Source: an uncultured Alphaproteobacteria bacterium
GTDB taxonomy: Bacteria > Pseudomonadota > Alphaproteobacteria > RF32 > CAG-239
DNA: 64,000 bases
Direction of reading: 5' to 3'
Assembly: GCA_944391435.1 (NCBI GenBank)
Contig: CALXTP010000020.1
Span: 1,683 to 65,682, forward strand
Of the stretch, positions 45,840 through 54,651 are shown one piece after another. Under the pieces are notes generated by a model. That model worked only from the letters and a program-made list of their open reading frames with translations. It had not been told where the DNA came from and searched no databases. Position 1 is the stretch's first letter. Each line of letters starts with the position of its first letter. The position numbers and the translations under genes are program-made.

Positions 45840-46709
45840 ATGATCTGGCTGAAAAGAATTGCCTGTGGCGTGATTGCACTTGTTTTGGTTTTTGTTGGCT
45901 TTTGGCTTATTAAAAACCAGGAAGAGATTTTTAAGGCATTCGGTTTTTGCGTTTTTGTCGGAGGCATAACTTTAGCCCATATTGCCGTAACGCAACAATT
46001 GCCAAAATATAATTTTTGGATTACTTTTGTTGCGTGTTATCTGGCTTTTGTGCTGTATACATCAAGATTTGCACCGACAGAAGAGGAAAAACAACAAATT
46101 GAAGCCAGACTTGAGCAAGAATTGGCCAAAAGCAAGCAAATTATGGGTAAAGAAGAAAACGTTGCCAGTCAAAAGAAGAAAAAAAAGAAAAAATCCTCCG
46201 GCTTTAATCTTTCTGCTTATCCTAAAATCAACGGCAGCGCCACTGTCATTAACGCCAATGTTTTTTATATAGGCGGACGATATGTCAGACTATTCGGAGT
46301 AGATGCGCCAGACAGCGACCAAATTTGCTCTGATGCGGTCGGCAGCTCATATAATTGCGGCGAAGTGGCTGCTTCCTGGGTTCGCGGATGGATTGATAAA
46401 AACCCTATTGATTGTTATTTGCTCAAAATTAATCCAAATGGCCAAGATTTGGCTACTTGTGTCTGGGGAGAATATGACATAGGTGCGGCTTTAGTCGGTG
46501 CCGGCTGGGCAATTGCCAATACAAGAGAAACGGATATTTATCGCCCTTATGAAGCAAAAGCTAAAAGCGAGCTTTCCGGCTTGTGGCAAGGGACATTTTA
46601 TGCTCCTGAAGACTGGAGAGACATTAAACGTCGCAGAAATGATTTTACAATTAAAAGAACTGTAACATCCAAAGGCGGCGGCTTCTTTGATTTCGGATCG
46701 TGGTTTTAA
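45840..46709 (+). CDS. Membrane-anchored thermonuclease (SNase)-like protein, active-site residues partly substituted
   Basis: Three N-terminal TM helices and a K7 run. SNase-like core VRLFGVDAPD...YNCGEVAASWVRGWI...GAALVGAGWA...YEAKAKSELSGLWQGTFYAPEDWR. Confidence 0.7.
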   Translation: MIWLKRIACGVIALVLVFVGFWLIKNQEEIFKAFGFCVFVGGITLAHIAVTQQLPKYNFWITFVACYLAFVLYTSRFAPTEEEKQQIEARLEQELAKSKQIMGKEENVASQKKKKKKKSSGFNLSAYPKINGSATVINANVFYIGGRYVRLFGVDAPDSDQICSDAVGSSYNCGEVAASWVRGWIDKNPIDCYLLKINPNGQDLATCVWGEYDIGAALVGAGWAIANTRETDIYRPYEAKAKSELSGLWQGTFYAPEDWRDIKRRRNDFTIKRTVTSKGGGFFDFGSWF

Positions 46710-46712
46710 ACA

Positions 46713-47177
46713 ATGACATATACTAAAGTATTTAATTGCTTAACGGAAAATGATACAAAAAAATTAGCTCAGGCTTTGTCTCTTATTGCACAAAAAGGAG
46801 ATGTTTTTGCATTGTATGGAACTCTCGGTGCAGGAAAAAGCACTTTTTGCCGTTTTTTTATCCAATCCCTGTGCCGTGTTGAGGATGTCCCCAGCCCGAC
46901 ATTTACGCTTGTGCAATCTTATATGGCTGACAGCTTTGAAATATGCCATTATGACATGTATCGGCTTGAACATCCCGAAGAAGCTTATGAGCTGGGAATA
47001 GAAGATTCTTTTTATACCAGTGTTAATCTTATAGAATGGCCTGAAAAAATAGAATCCTTACTGCCAAGAGATATTTGGAAAATTTTTATTTCAACCCAAG
47101 GCGATTGCCGCTTTTTTGAAATCTCCGTTTTTAGCCAAGAAAAAGAACAACGTTTGAAGGCCCTTTCCTATGCTTAA
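46713..47177 (+). CDS. tsaE: tRNA t6A37 biosynthesis ATPase TsaE
   Basis: P-loop GTLGAGKSTFCRFF, plus HYDMYRL and IEWPE. Confidence 0.85.
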   Translation: MTYTKVFNCLTENDTKKLAQALSLIAQKGDVFALYGTLGAGKSTFCRFFIQSLCRVEDVPSPTFTLVQSYMADSFEICHYDMYRLEHPEEAYELGIEDSFYTSVNLIEWPEKIESLLPRDIWKIFISTQGDCRFFEISVFSQEKEQRLKALSYA

Positions 47178-47601
47178 TCTTCACGGCACTCTTGTTTCTT
47201 TGGGAGGCAAAGGTATTTTAATCCTTGGCTCTTCCGGCAGCGGTAAATCTGATTTGGCGTTAAGGCTTATTATGGAAAAAGGCGCTGTTTTGATTGCAGA
47301 TGACCGTGTTAATCTTTTTCAAAACGACGGCCGGTTGTTTGGTTCAGCTCCCGCCGAAATTTTTGGAAAAATGGAAATCCGAGGTGTCGGTATTGCCAGT
47401 TTTTCCGCACAACCGCAGGCAGAAATAAATATTTGTCTTGAGCTTTGCCGCAATAAAGAGGATGTTGAACGGCTCCCCGTTGAGGAAAAAGTTGAATTTC
47501 TGGGGGTATCCGTTACAAAATTAAAGATTTATCCTTTTGAATGTTCTACAATTTGTAAAATTGTTGCAAAAATTAGTGGCATTATTTGTTCAGCGTGTTA
47601 A
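47170..47601 (+). CDS. hprK: HPr kinase/phosphorylase, C-terminal kinase domain only (alphaproteobacterial short form)
   Basis: P-loop GSSGSGKSDLALRL, plus ADDRV and EIRGVGI. 143 aa. 8-nt overlap with tsaE (ATGCTTAA). Confidence 0.8.
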   Translation: MLNLHGTLVSLGGKGILILGSSGSGKSDLALRLIMEKGAVLIADDRVNLFQNDGRLFGSAPAEIFGKMEIRGVGIASFSAQPQAEINICLELCRNKEDVERLPVEEKVEFLGVSVTKLKIYPFECSTICKIVAKISGIICSAC

Positions 47602-47636
47602 TTTAAGGTATATTGACAATATTTGAGGCTGTTAAG

Positions 47637-48428
47637 ATGATTATACGTTTAGGCGTAACCTTTTTGAGGACACTAGGAAAACCTTTGGTAAAATTTTTGT
47701 CTTCTTTAGGCGATTTGACTTTATTTGTTTCAAAAGCTATTTACCATTGTTTTGTTCCCCCTTTTTATTTTAAATTATTTCTAAAACAGGTACTGGATAT
47801 CGGTTTTTATTCTCTTCCCGTTGTCGGATTAACGACGCTTTTCGCCGGTATGGTCATTGCTTTGCAGACGTACGCCGGATTTTCAGGATTTAAAGCTGAA
47901 GGAGTTATCGCTTCGGTCGTTTTGATTTCCGTTACACGTGAGCTGGCTCCCGTACTTTCCGCTTTGATGGTGGCAGGGAGAATCGGTGCAGCCATGGCTG
48001 CCGAAATCGGAACAATGCGGGTTACAGAACAAATTGACGCATTAGTTACTTTGTCAACGAACCCTCTCAAATATTTGGTTGCCCCTCGTTTATGGGCCGG
48101 AGTGCTTGTATTGCCGATATTAGTTCTTATCGGCGATATTATCGGAATTTTCGGCGGTTATATCGTCGGTGTTTATAAACTGGGATTTAATCCGGCAAAT
48201 TATATTACGGCAACTTTTCAAGATTTACAAATTATCGGCATTGTATCCGGATTAGTCAAAGCGGCAGTTTTCGGATTTATTATCTCTATGATGGGCTGCT
48301 ATCACGGTTATAAATCAAAAGGCGGCGCACAGGGTGTTGGCAATGCAACAACCAATGCCGTTGTTTCTTCTTCCATTTTAATTTTGATTTTTAACTATTT
48401 GATTACGGAAATGTTCTTTTCCAGGTAA
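47637..48428 (+). CDS. mlaE: Phospholipid ABC transporter permease MlaE
   Basis: Start taken at ATG 47637 (GAGG upstream; the track ORF begins at TTG 47613). MlaE-type motifs SVTRELAPVLSALMVAGRIGAAMAAEIGTMRVTEQIDAL. Confidence 0.85.
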   Translation: MIIRLGVTFLRTLGKPLVKFLSSLGDLTLFVSKAIYHCFVPPFYFKLFLKQVLDIGFYSLPVVGLTTLFAGMVIALQTYAGFSGFKAEGVIASVVLISVTRELAPVLSALMVAGRIGAAMAAEIGTMRVTEQIDALVTLSTNPLKYLVAPRLWAGVLVLPILVLIGDIIGIFGGYIVGVYKLGFNPANYITATFQDLQIIGIVSGLVKAAVFGFIISMMGCYHGYKSKGGAQGVGNATTNAVVSSSILILIFNYLITEMFFSR

Positions 48429-48440
48429 GCGGAGGAAGCA

Positions 48441-49208
48441 ATGAGCAAGGAAATAAAAATCAAAATCAGAGGCTTAAAAAAGAGTTTTGGAAAGAAGGTT
48501 GTCCTAAACGGGGTTGATTTGGATTTGTATAAAGGGGAATCTCTTGTTGTTATCGGCGGTTCCGGAACGGGAAAATCTGTTTTAATTAAATGTATCCAGG
48601 GACTGTTAACACCAGACAGCGGATCTATAGAAATTGATGATATTGAGATAGCCAATGAAAATACAGATGTCATAGAACAAATGCACAGCAAAATGGGAAT
48701 GCTTTTTCAAGGTGGTGCATTGTTTGACAGTTTGACCGTTTGGGAAAATGTGGCGTTTGATTTGATTCAAAACAGAAAATTCAATAAACGAGAAGCCAAA
48801 ATCGTAGCGATTAAGGTTTTGCGGCAAGTCGGGCTGACGAGTGATATTGCCGATTTGTACCCTTCGGAACTTTCAGGAGGCATGCAAAAGCGTGTCGGTT
48901 TGGCACGAGCGGTAATAACACGCCCGGAAATCATTTTTTTTGATGAACCGACAACCGGGCTTGATCCGATTATGGCCGATGTTATTAACGATTTGATTAT
49001 AGAATCCGCAAAAGATTTGGGGGCAACAACGCTGACCATTACGCACGATATGGCGTCTGCCAGAAAAATTGCTGATAAAATCGCTATGTTGTACGAGGGA
49101 AAAATTATTTGGTATGGAACTGTTAAAGATCTTGAAAAAACATCTAACCCATACGTCAAACAGTTTATTAAAGGTTCTTCCAAAGGGCCGATAAAAGTGG
49201 AGAAGTAG
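48441..49208 (+). CDS. mlaF: Phospholipid ABC transporter ATP-binding protein MlaF
   Basis: Walker A GGSGTGKSV, signature LSGGMQKRV, Walker B IFFDEPT. Confidence 0.9.
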   Translation: MSKEIKIKIRGLKKSFGKKVVLNGVDLDLYKGESLVVIGGSGTGKSVLIKCIQGLLTPDSGSIEIDDIEIANENTDVIEQMHSKMGMLFQGGALFDSLTVWENVAFDLIQNRKFNKREAKIVAIKVLRQVGLTSDIADLYPSELSGGMQKRVGLARAVITRPEIIFFDEPTTGLDPIMADVINDLIIESAKDLGATTLTITHDMASARKIADKIAMLYEGKIIWYGTVKDLEKTSNPYVKQFIKGSSKGPIKVEK

Positions 49209-49209
49209 C

Positions 49210-50586
49210 ATGGCTAGAAAAACGGCAATTGATTATGTTTGCCAGTCTTGCGGCGCGATTTATCCAAAATGGCAGGGAAAGTGCGACGCTTGCGGCGAGT
49301 GGAACACAATTGTTGAAGAAAAAAAGCCGTCTGCGGAATTTTCTAATATTTCCCATAAAAAAGAAGGGCATCAGATTGATTTTGTTTCTCTAAACGGAGA
49401 AAGCCAGACTTATCAGCGCCTGATTACAAATTTATCGGAAATAAACAGAGTGTCCGGGGGCGGATTGGTTCCCGGTTCCGTGATCCTTGTCGGCGGCGAC
49501 CCCGGAATCGGCAAATCAACGTTGTTGCTGCAAATTTGTGCCGGCATGGCCAATAAACTGGGAGGAAATACCTGTTTTTATATTTCCGGCGAAGAAGCTA
49601 TTGATCAGGTAAGAATTCGTGCCAAACGTTTGGAATTGGCAGATGCACCGGTCAGACTTGCCAGCACGACAAGCGTTAAAGATATTGTCGCAACTTTAGA
49701 GAAAGAGAATCCGGCTTTAGTTATTATAGACTCCATCCAAACCATGTATATTGACGAGATAGAATCGACTCCCGGAAGCGTTGCCCAAGTCAGAGCAGCG
49801 GCTTATGAACTTATAAAAATTGCCAAGAAGAAAGGTTTTACGCTTTTTTTAGTCGGACATGTTACCAAACAGGGAGCTATTGCAGGGCCACGTGTTTTAG
49901 AGCACATGGTGGATACCGTTCTTTATTTTGAAGGCGACAGAGGGCATCACTTCCGTATTTTGCGGGCTGTAAAAAACAGATACGGCGCAACAGATGAAAT
50001 CGGGGTTTTTGAAATGCAAGACAACGGATTGGTTGAAGTGGAGAATCCCTCAGCTCTGTTTCTTGCCGAACGCCAGGGTTGCGTTTCAGGCTCTTGCGTT
50101 TTTGCCGGAATTGAAGGCTCCAGACCTCTTTTGGTTGAGATACAAGCTTTGGTCGGAAATAGCGGTTATACCGGTGCCAAGAGGGCTGTTGTCGGCTGGG
50201 ATACAAACAGGCTGGCGATGATTTTAGCCGTTTTGGAAGCTCGTTGCGGCATGAATTTCAGCACCCATGATGTTTATCTGAATATTGCCGGAGGGTTGAA
50301 AATAACCGAACCGGCGGCAGATTTGGCTGTTGCTATGGCTGTTATATCGTCTATGACAAATAAGCCGTTGCCTGCCGATATGGTTGTTTTTGGCGAAATA
50401 GGCTTATCAGGCGAAATACGCGCCGTCAGCCAACCTACTCTGCGCTTAAAAGAAGCGCAAAAGCTCGGTTTTTCCAATGCCATTATCCCTAATTCTTTTA
50501 ACAAAGATAAGAAGCAGAAACTGATTACTAATATGTCTTATCATGAAATTGGCAATGTCCAACGACTTATTTCCCGATTTAATTAA
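49210..50586 (+). CDS. radA: DNA repair protein RadA
   Basis: Zinc finger CQSCGAIYPKWQGKCDACGEWNT, Walker A GGDPGIGKSTLLLQ, KNRYG motif, Lon-like C-domain. Confidence 0.95.
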   Translation: MARKTAIDYVCQSCGAIYPKWQGKCDACGEWNTIVEEKKPSAEFSNISHKKEGHQIDFVSLNGESQTYQRLITNLSEINRVSGGGLVPGSVILVGGDPGIGKSTLLLQICAGMANKLGGNTCFYISGEEAIDQVRIRAKRLELADAPVRLASTTSVKDIVATLEKENPALVIIDSIQTMYIDEIESTPGSVAQVRAAAYELIKIAKKKGFTLFLVGHVTKQGAIAGPRVLEHMVDTVLYFEGDRGHHFRILRAVKNRYGATDEIGVFEMQDNGLVEVENPSALFLAERQGCVSGSCVFAGIEGSRPLLVEIQALVGNSGYTGAKRAVVGWDTNRLAMILAVLEARCGMNFSTHDVYLNIAGGLKITEPAADLAVAMAVISSMTNKPLPADMVVFGEIGLSGEIRAVSQPTLRLKEAQKLGFSNAIIPNSFNKDKKQKLITNMSYHEIGNVQRLISRFN

Positions 50587-50597
50587 AGGAGTTTTTT

Positions 50598-51383
50598 ATG
50601 GAACCGTTAAATAATGTAGATGTAATTATTTTAATCGGGGTAGCCATTTCCATGTTGGTTGCTTTCATTCGCGGATTTGTTAAAGAAATCCTTTCTATTT
50701 TAGGATTGGCTTTATTTATTATTTTAACGGTTTATTTGTCGCCATTGCTTACGCCCTTAACGGATAAATATATTGCCAGTAAATTATTGTCTCAGTTTGT
50801 AATTTTTCTTGTCATTATGGCTGTTTTTTATGCTTTTTGGATTATCGGCACGGATAAATTGATTGCAAAAATCCGTACCAGCACTTTAAGTTTTATGGAT
50901 AGGCTATTTGGATTGCTATTTGGATTTTTGCGCGCCGTGCTTATTCTCGGCTTTTGCTTTTTAATCGTAAAGATTGTTATGCCGGAAGAACTTGAAGACA
51001 AAGACAGTTTATTGAAAAAATCCCAATATTTTATGATGAGCGAATCTTGCTCTGACGTTATTGAAAAAATGCTGCCCGACGATTTTATACAAAACATCGT
51101 AGCTTCCGTCAAAGAAATGGATAAAGTTGACGCCAAACAGGAAAAGGAATCTGAAAAAAATAAAAAGGCCGACGACAAAGAAAAACAAAAAGAAGATGAA
51201 GTAAAAGAATTACCTACCAAGATGGATCAAGAACAAATGGACAAGATGTTTGAACTGTTGGTAAAACCGGAAATTGACAGCAGCAAAAAAGAAAAGCCCG
51301 AAAAACAAAAAAATGAAAATAGCGGTTATGACAGCAAAGAGATAAACAGTCTAGACCGTTTGATTGATATTACTGCCGATTAA
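50598..51383 (+). CDS. cvpA: CvpA-family membrane protein with K/E-rich C-terminal tail
   Basis: N-terminus VDVIILIGVAISMLVAFIRGFVKEILSILG and four TM helices, then a ~100-aa charged tail. Confidence 0.8.
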   Translation: MEPLNNVDVIILIGVAISMLVAFIRGFVKEILSILGLALFIILTVYLSPLLTPLTDKYIASKLLSQFVIFLVIMAVFYAFWIIGTDKLIAKIRTSTLSFMDRLFGLLFGFLRAVLILGFCFLIVKIVMPEELEDKDSLLKKSQYFMMSESCSDVIEKMLPDDFIQNIVASVKEMDKVDAKQEKESEKNKKADDKEKQKEDEVKELPTKMDQEQMDKMFELLVKPEIDSSKKEKPEKQKNENSGYDSKEINSLDRLIDITAD

Positions 51384-51405
51384 AAAATCCCCTCAAAGAG
51401 GGGAC
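51383..51405 (-). terminator. Rho-independent terminator for tyrS (shared hairpin with cvpA end)
   Basis: Stem tcccctc (51389-51395) / gagggga (51399-51405), 3-nt loop. On the minus strand it is followed by T6 (51388-51383). Confidence 0.75.
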
Positions 51406-51442
51406 TTCAAAACGTTTCTTTTCGTTTTTTAGAGATATACAG

Positions 51443-52696
51443 CTATTTTAGAAGTAGCAATCCATGCTTTTTCTTGCCTTGTGAAAGTTTTATGTTGCCA
51501 TTTTCCATATCTTTCTCTGTAATGATATAGTTTTCGTCCGTTATAACTTTATCGTTTAACTTTAATCCCGCTTGTTTTATTAAACGGCGAGCCTCTCCTT
51601 TGCTGGCAACGAACCCCAAAGATACAAAAGCATCCAAAACGCCTATTCCGCTTTTGGGAGCCGAGATTGTCGGCAAATCATCTCCGACAACGCCTTTTTC
51701 AAACGTTTTTACGGCTGTTTCCATTGCGGCAGAGGCTTCAGCTTCGCCCCGGCATATCTTGGTTGCTTCAAAGGCCAATATTTTCTTGGCTTCATTAATT
51801 TCTTTGTCTTTCAAGGCTTCTAACCGGCGTATTTCATCCATCGGCAAATCCGTGAAAATACGCAAACACTTACCGACTTCCGCATCGCCAATATTACGGA
51901 AATATTGATAGTAATCATATGCCGGCAATTTATCTTCATTTATCCAAACGGCGTTACCTTCTGATTTTCCCATTTTTTTGCCTGCGGAATCCGTAATTAT
52001 CGGACTGGTAAAGCCAAATAGCTCCGTATCATAGCGGCGGCGCCCCAGCTCCGTTCCGGAAACAATGTTTCCCCATTGGTCTGCTCCGGCGATTTGAGCA
52101 CGACAACCATATTTTTTTAAGAGAACGCAAAAATCATATCCTTGAAGCAACATATAGTTAAATTCCAGAAAAGACATCGGCTGTTCACGTTCCAACCTGC
52201 TTTTGACGCTATCCATGGTCAACATGCGGTTAACGGAATAGCAGGTTCCTATATCCCTTAAAAATTCAAGATAATTGATGTCTTTAAACCAATCATAATT
52301 GTCAACCATTTGGGCATCATTTTTGCCTGTACCGAATTTCAAAAATTTCATGAAAGATTTTTTTAATCCCTGCACATTATGTGCCAAGGTTTCTTCACTT
52401 AAAAAGGGGCGAAGCTTGTCTTTTCCGGACGGGTCCCCGATGCGGGCAGTCGCCCCGCCGACCAGTGTCAGCGGTTTATGTCCGCATTTTTGAAACCAGC
52501 GCAGCATCATTAACGGAACGATGTGCCCCACATGCAAACTATCACCCGTCGGATCCGAACCGAGATATCCAACGGCTGGTTCGCCTTTCTTTTCACAATC
52601 CGCAAGGTACTCGTCAAACCCTTGTTCATTTGTACATTGATTGTAGAAACCACGTTCATGCATAATGTTCAAAAATTCTGATTTAAAACTCATCAT
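51443..52696 (-). CDS. tyrS: Tyrosine--tRNA ligase
   Basis: HIGH-type SLHVGHIVPL, KMSKS-type KMGKSEGN, C-terminal S4-like domain. Confidence 0.95.
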   Translation of the reverse strand: MMSFKSEFLNIMHERGFYNQCTNEQGFDEYLADCEKKGEPAVGYLGSDPTGDSLHVGHIVPLMMLRWFQKCGHKPLTLVGGATARIGDPSGKDKLRPFLSEETLAHNVQGLKKSFMKFLKFGTGKNDAQMVDNYDWFKDINYLEFLRDIGTCYSVNRMLTMDSVKSRLEREQPMSFLEFNYMLLQGYDFCVLLKKYGCRAQIAGADQWGNIVSGTELGRRRYDTELFGFTSPIITDSAGKKMGKSEGNAVWINEDKLPAYDYYQYFRNIGDAEVGKCLRIFTDLPMDEIRRLEALKDKEINEAKKILAFEATKICRGEAEASAAMETAVKTFEKGVVGDDLPTISAPKSGIGVLDAFVSLGFVASKGEARRLIKQAGLKLNDKVITDENYIITEKDMENGNIKLSQGKKKHGLLLLK

Positions 52697-52774
52697 TTTT
52701 TCTTCCTAATTACTAAATTTTAAGGCATATTAACATAATAATTTGGTAATGCAATCATAAAGAGGTTTTTTTAT

Positions 52775-53875
52775 ATGATTATAAAAGGATTGAACTGTTT
52801 GGGTTTGATGGGTACTTCCACTTTCGGGGGTGTGGAGCTTGCCCTTATCAAAACAGACGGTTTAGATATAATTGAAAGAAAAAAAGCCTATGTTGTCCCC
52901 TACCCCGATTTGATGAAAGAAAAAATAAATGCCGTGTACGGGTTGCAAAAAAATACGCCCGAAAACGAAAATAAACTTTCTGTCGTTGACCAGGAAGTTT
53001 CTGATTTTTATGTTCAGCTTATTAATGATTTTAAAAACGAATGTGACGAAACTATTGACGTAGTCGGAATTGACGGGCTGACAATTATGCATAATCCAAA
53101 TATTCCCTATACTTACCAGCTCGGCAACGGCAGATATATTGCATCTCGTACAGGTATAAAAGTCGTTACACATTTTCGTAATGCGGATATTTGCAGCGGA
53201 GGACAAGGTACTCCTATTTCGCCAAGCTATTTTAATGCCGTGAGTATTGATGAAACGAAGCCTATTGCTTATGTTAACATAAGCGGGAAATCAAGTGTTA
53301 CATGGATTGGCTCTTTCGGAGAAATTGTCGGGTTTGATTGTGGTCCCGGCGATAATTTTATCAATAACTGGACAGCTAAACATGCGCATATGGAAAATGA
53401 TTACAACGGTAGGCTGGCCATTATGGGAAAGGTTCATGAAAAGATTGTCAATTCTTTGATGCATCATAAATTTTTTGCAAAATATCCTCCTAAGGCAGCT
53501 TATACAGGAATTTTTTCAGACAAAGCAGAGCATCTTGAAGGGCTATCACTTGAGGATGGCGCAGCAACAGCAACCGCCTTTGTTGCAGAATCTATTTGTT
53601 ATTCCATCTGCTTATATTTACCGGAAATTCCCAAAAAAGTTGTTATTTGCGGAAAAGGGGCCGGGAATCCGACATTAGTCAGATTTATCAGGCAAAGGTT
53701 GCCTTCCATGGATGTTATTATCAGCAAAGAAGACTGTATTCCCACTGAAACAGTCAACGCGGAAATTAGTGCTTTTTTGAGCGCACGTACAATTTATGGC
53801 TTGCCGATCACATTTCCGTCTACGACCGGCGTCAGCCAACCTATACCAGGAGGTGAAATTTATGAAGCCAACTAA
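52775..53875 (+). CDS. anmK: Anhydro-N-acetylmuramic acid kinase
   Basis: N-terminus GLMGTSTFGGVELALIKTDG (compare GLMSGTSLDG) and late ICGKGAGNPTL (GGGxxN-type). Confidence 0.85.
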   Translation: MIIKGLNCLGLMGTSTFGGVELALIKTDGLDIIERKKAYVVPYPDLMKEKINAVYGLQKNTPENENKLSVVDQEVSDFYVQLINDFKNECDETIDVVGIDGLTIMHNPNIPYTYQLGNGRYIASRTGIKVVTHFRNADICSGGQGTPISPSYFNAVSIDETKPIAYVNISGKSSVTWIGSFGEIVGFDCGPGDNFINNWTAKHAHMENDYNGRLAIMGKVHEKIVNSLMHHKFFAKYPPKAAYTGIFSDKAEHLEGLSLEDGAATATAFVAESICYSICLYLPEIPKKVVICGKGAGNPTLVRFIRQRLPSMDVIISKEDCIPTETVNAEISAFLSARTIYGLPITFPSTTGVSQPIPGGEIYEAN

Positions 53876-54650
53876 AAGAAAAGATGCACAAGCTACCATT
53901 TGTCTTGAACATCTCTCAAAATCCTATGATTCTCTTGTTGCCGTTGATGATGTATCTTTCCGGGCTTACAGCGGAGAAATTATTGCGCTTCTTGGTCCTA
54001 ACGGTGCCGGAAAATCAACCCTGATGAATATGATTTCCGGTTTTTTATCACCTTCCGACGGCTCTGTTTATGTTAACGGAAAAGATGTTGCCCAAGAAAC
54101 CATTGCCATAAAAAAAGATATCGGTTTTTTGCCTGAAGGTGCACCGATGTATGCTGATATGAGTGTTAGACTCTTTTTGAAATATATGATTGAATTGAAA
54201 TTGAATCTTGAAGAATCCGAAGGACAAAACAAGGCACAAATCCGGAAAATTTATTATGATGAATTTTTAAGAATAACCTCTTTGGCCAAAATTGGGGATG
54301 TTTTGGAGCAAAAAATAGATACTTTATCAAAAGGCTTTTTGCGTCGGGTCGGTTTTGCGCAAAGCATTATCGGAAATCCTCCCGTATTGCTTTTAGACGA
54401 ACCGACAGATGGTCTTGACCCTAATCAAAAAAAGCATATGCGCGATTTGATAAAAAATATGGGAAAAAATAAAACGATTATTATCTCAACGCATCTTCTT
54501 GACGAGGCCGAAACGCTGGCTTCACGCATTATTTTGATTAATAAGGGAAAAATTGCCATAGACGGTTCTTTGCAGGAAATTTTGAAAAAAACAAAAACTT
54601 CGTCATTAGAAGAGGCTTTTCGTCATTTTACATTAGTTGAGGAGAATTAA
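53862..54650 (+). CDS. ABC transporter ATP-binding protein (GldA-like, ABC-2 subfamily)
   Basis: Start moved from track 53796 to ATG 53862, which has an AGGAGG RBS. Walker A GPNGAGKST, signature LSKGFLRRV, Walker B LLLDEPT. Confidence 0.9.
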   Translation: MKPTKRKDAQATICLEHLSKSYDSLVAVDDVSFRAYSGEIIALLGPNGAGKSTLMNMISGFLSPSDGSVYVNGKDVAQETIAIKKDIGFLPEGAPMYADMSVRLFLKYMIELKLNLEESEGQNKAQIRKIYYDEFLRITSLAKIGDVLEQKIDTLSKGFLRRVGFAQSIIGNPPVLLLDEPTDGLDPNQKKHMRDLIKNMGKNKTIIISTHLLDEAETLASRIILINKGKIAIDGSLQEILKKTKTSSLEEAFRHFTLVEEN

Positions 54651-54651
54651 A

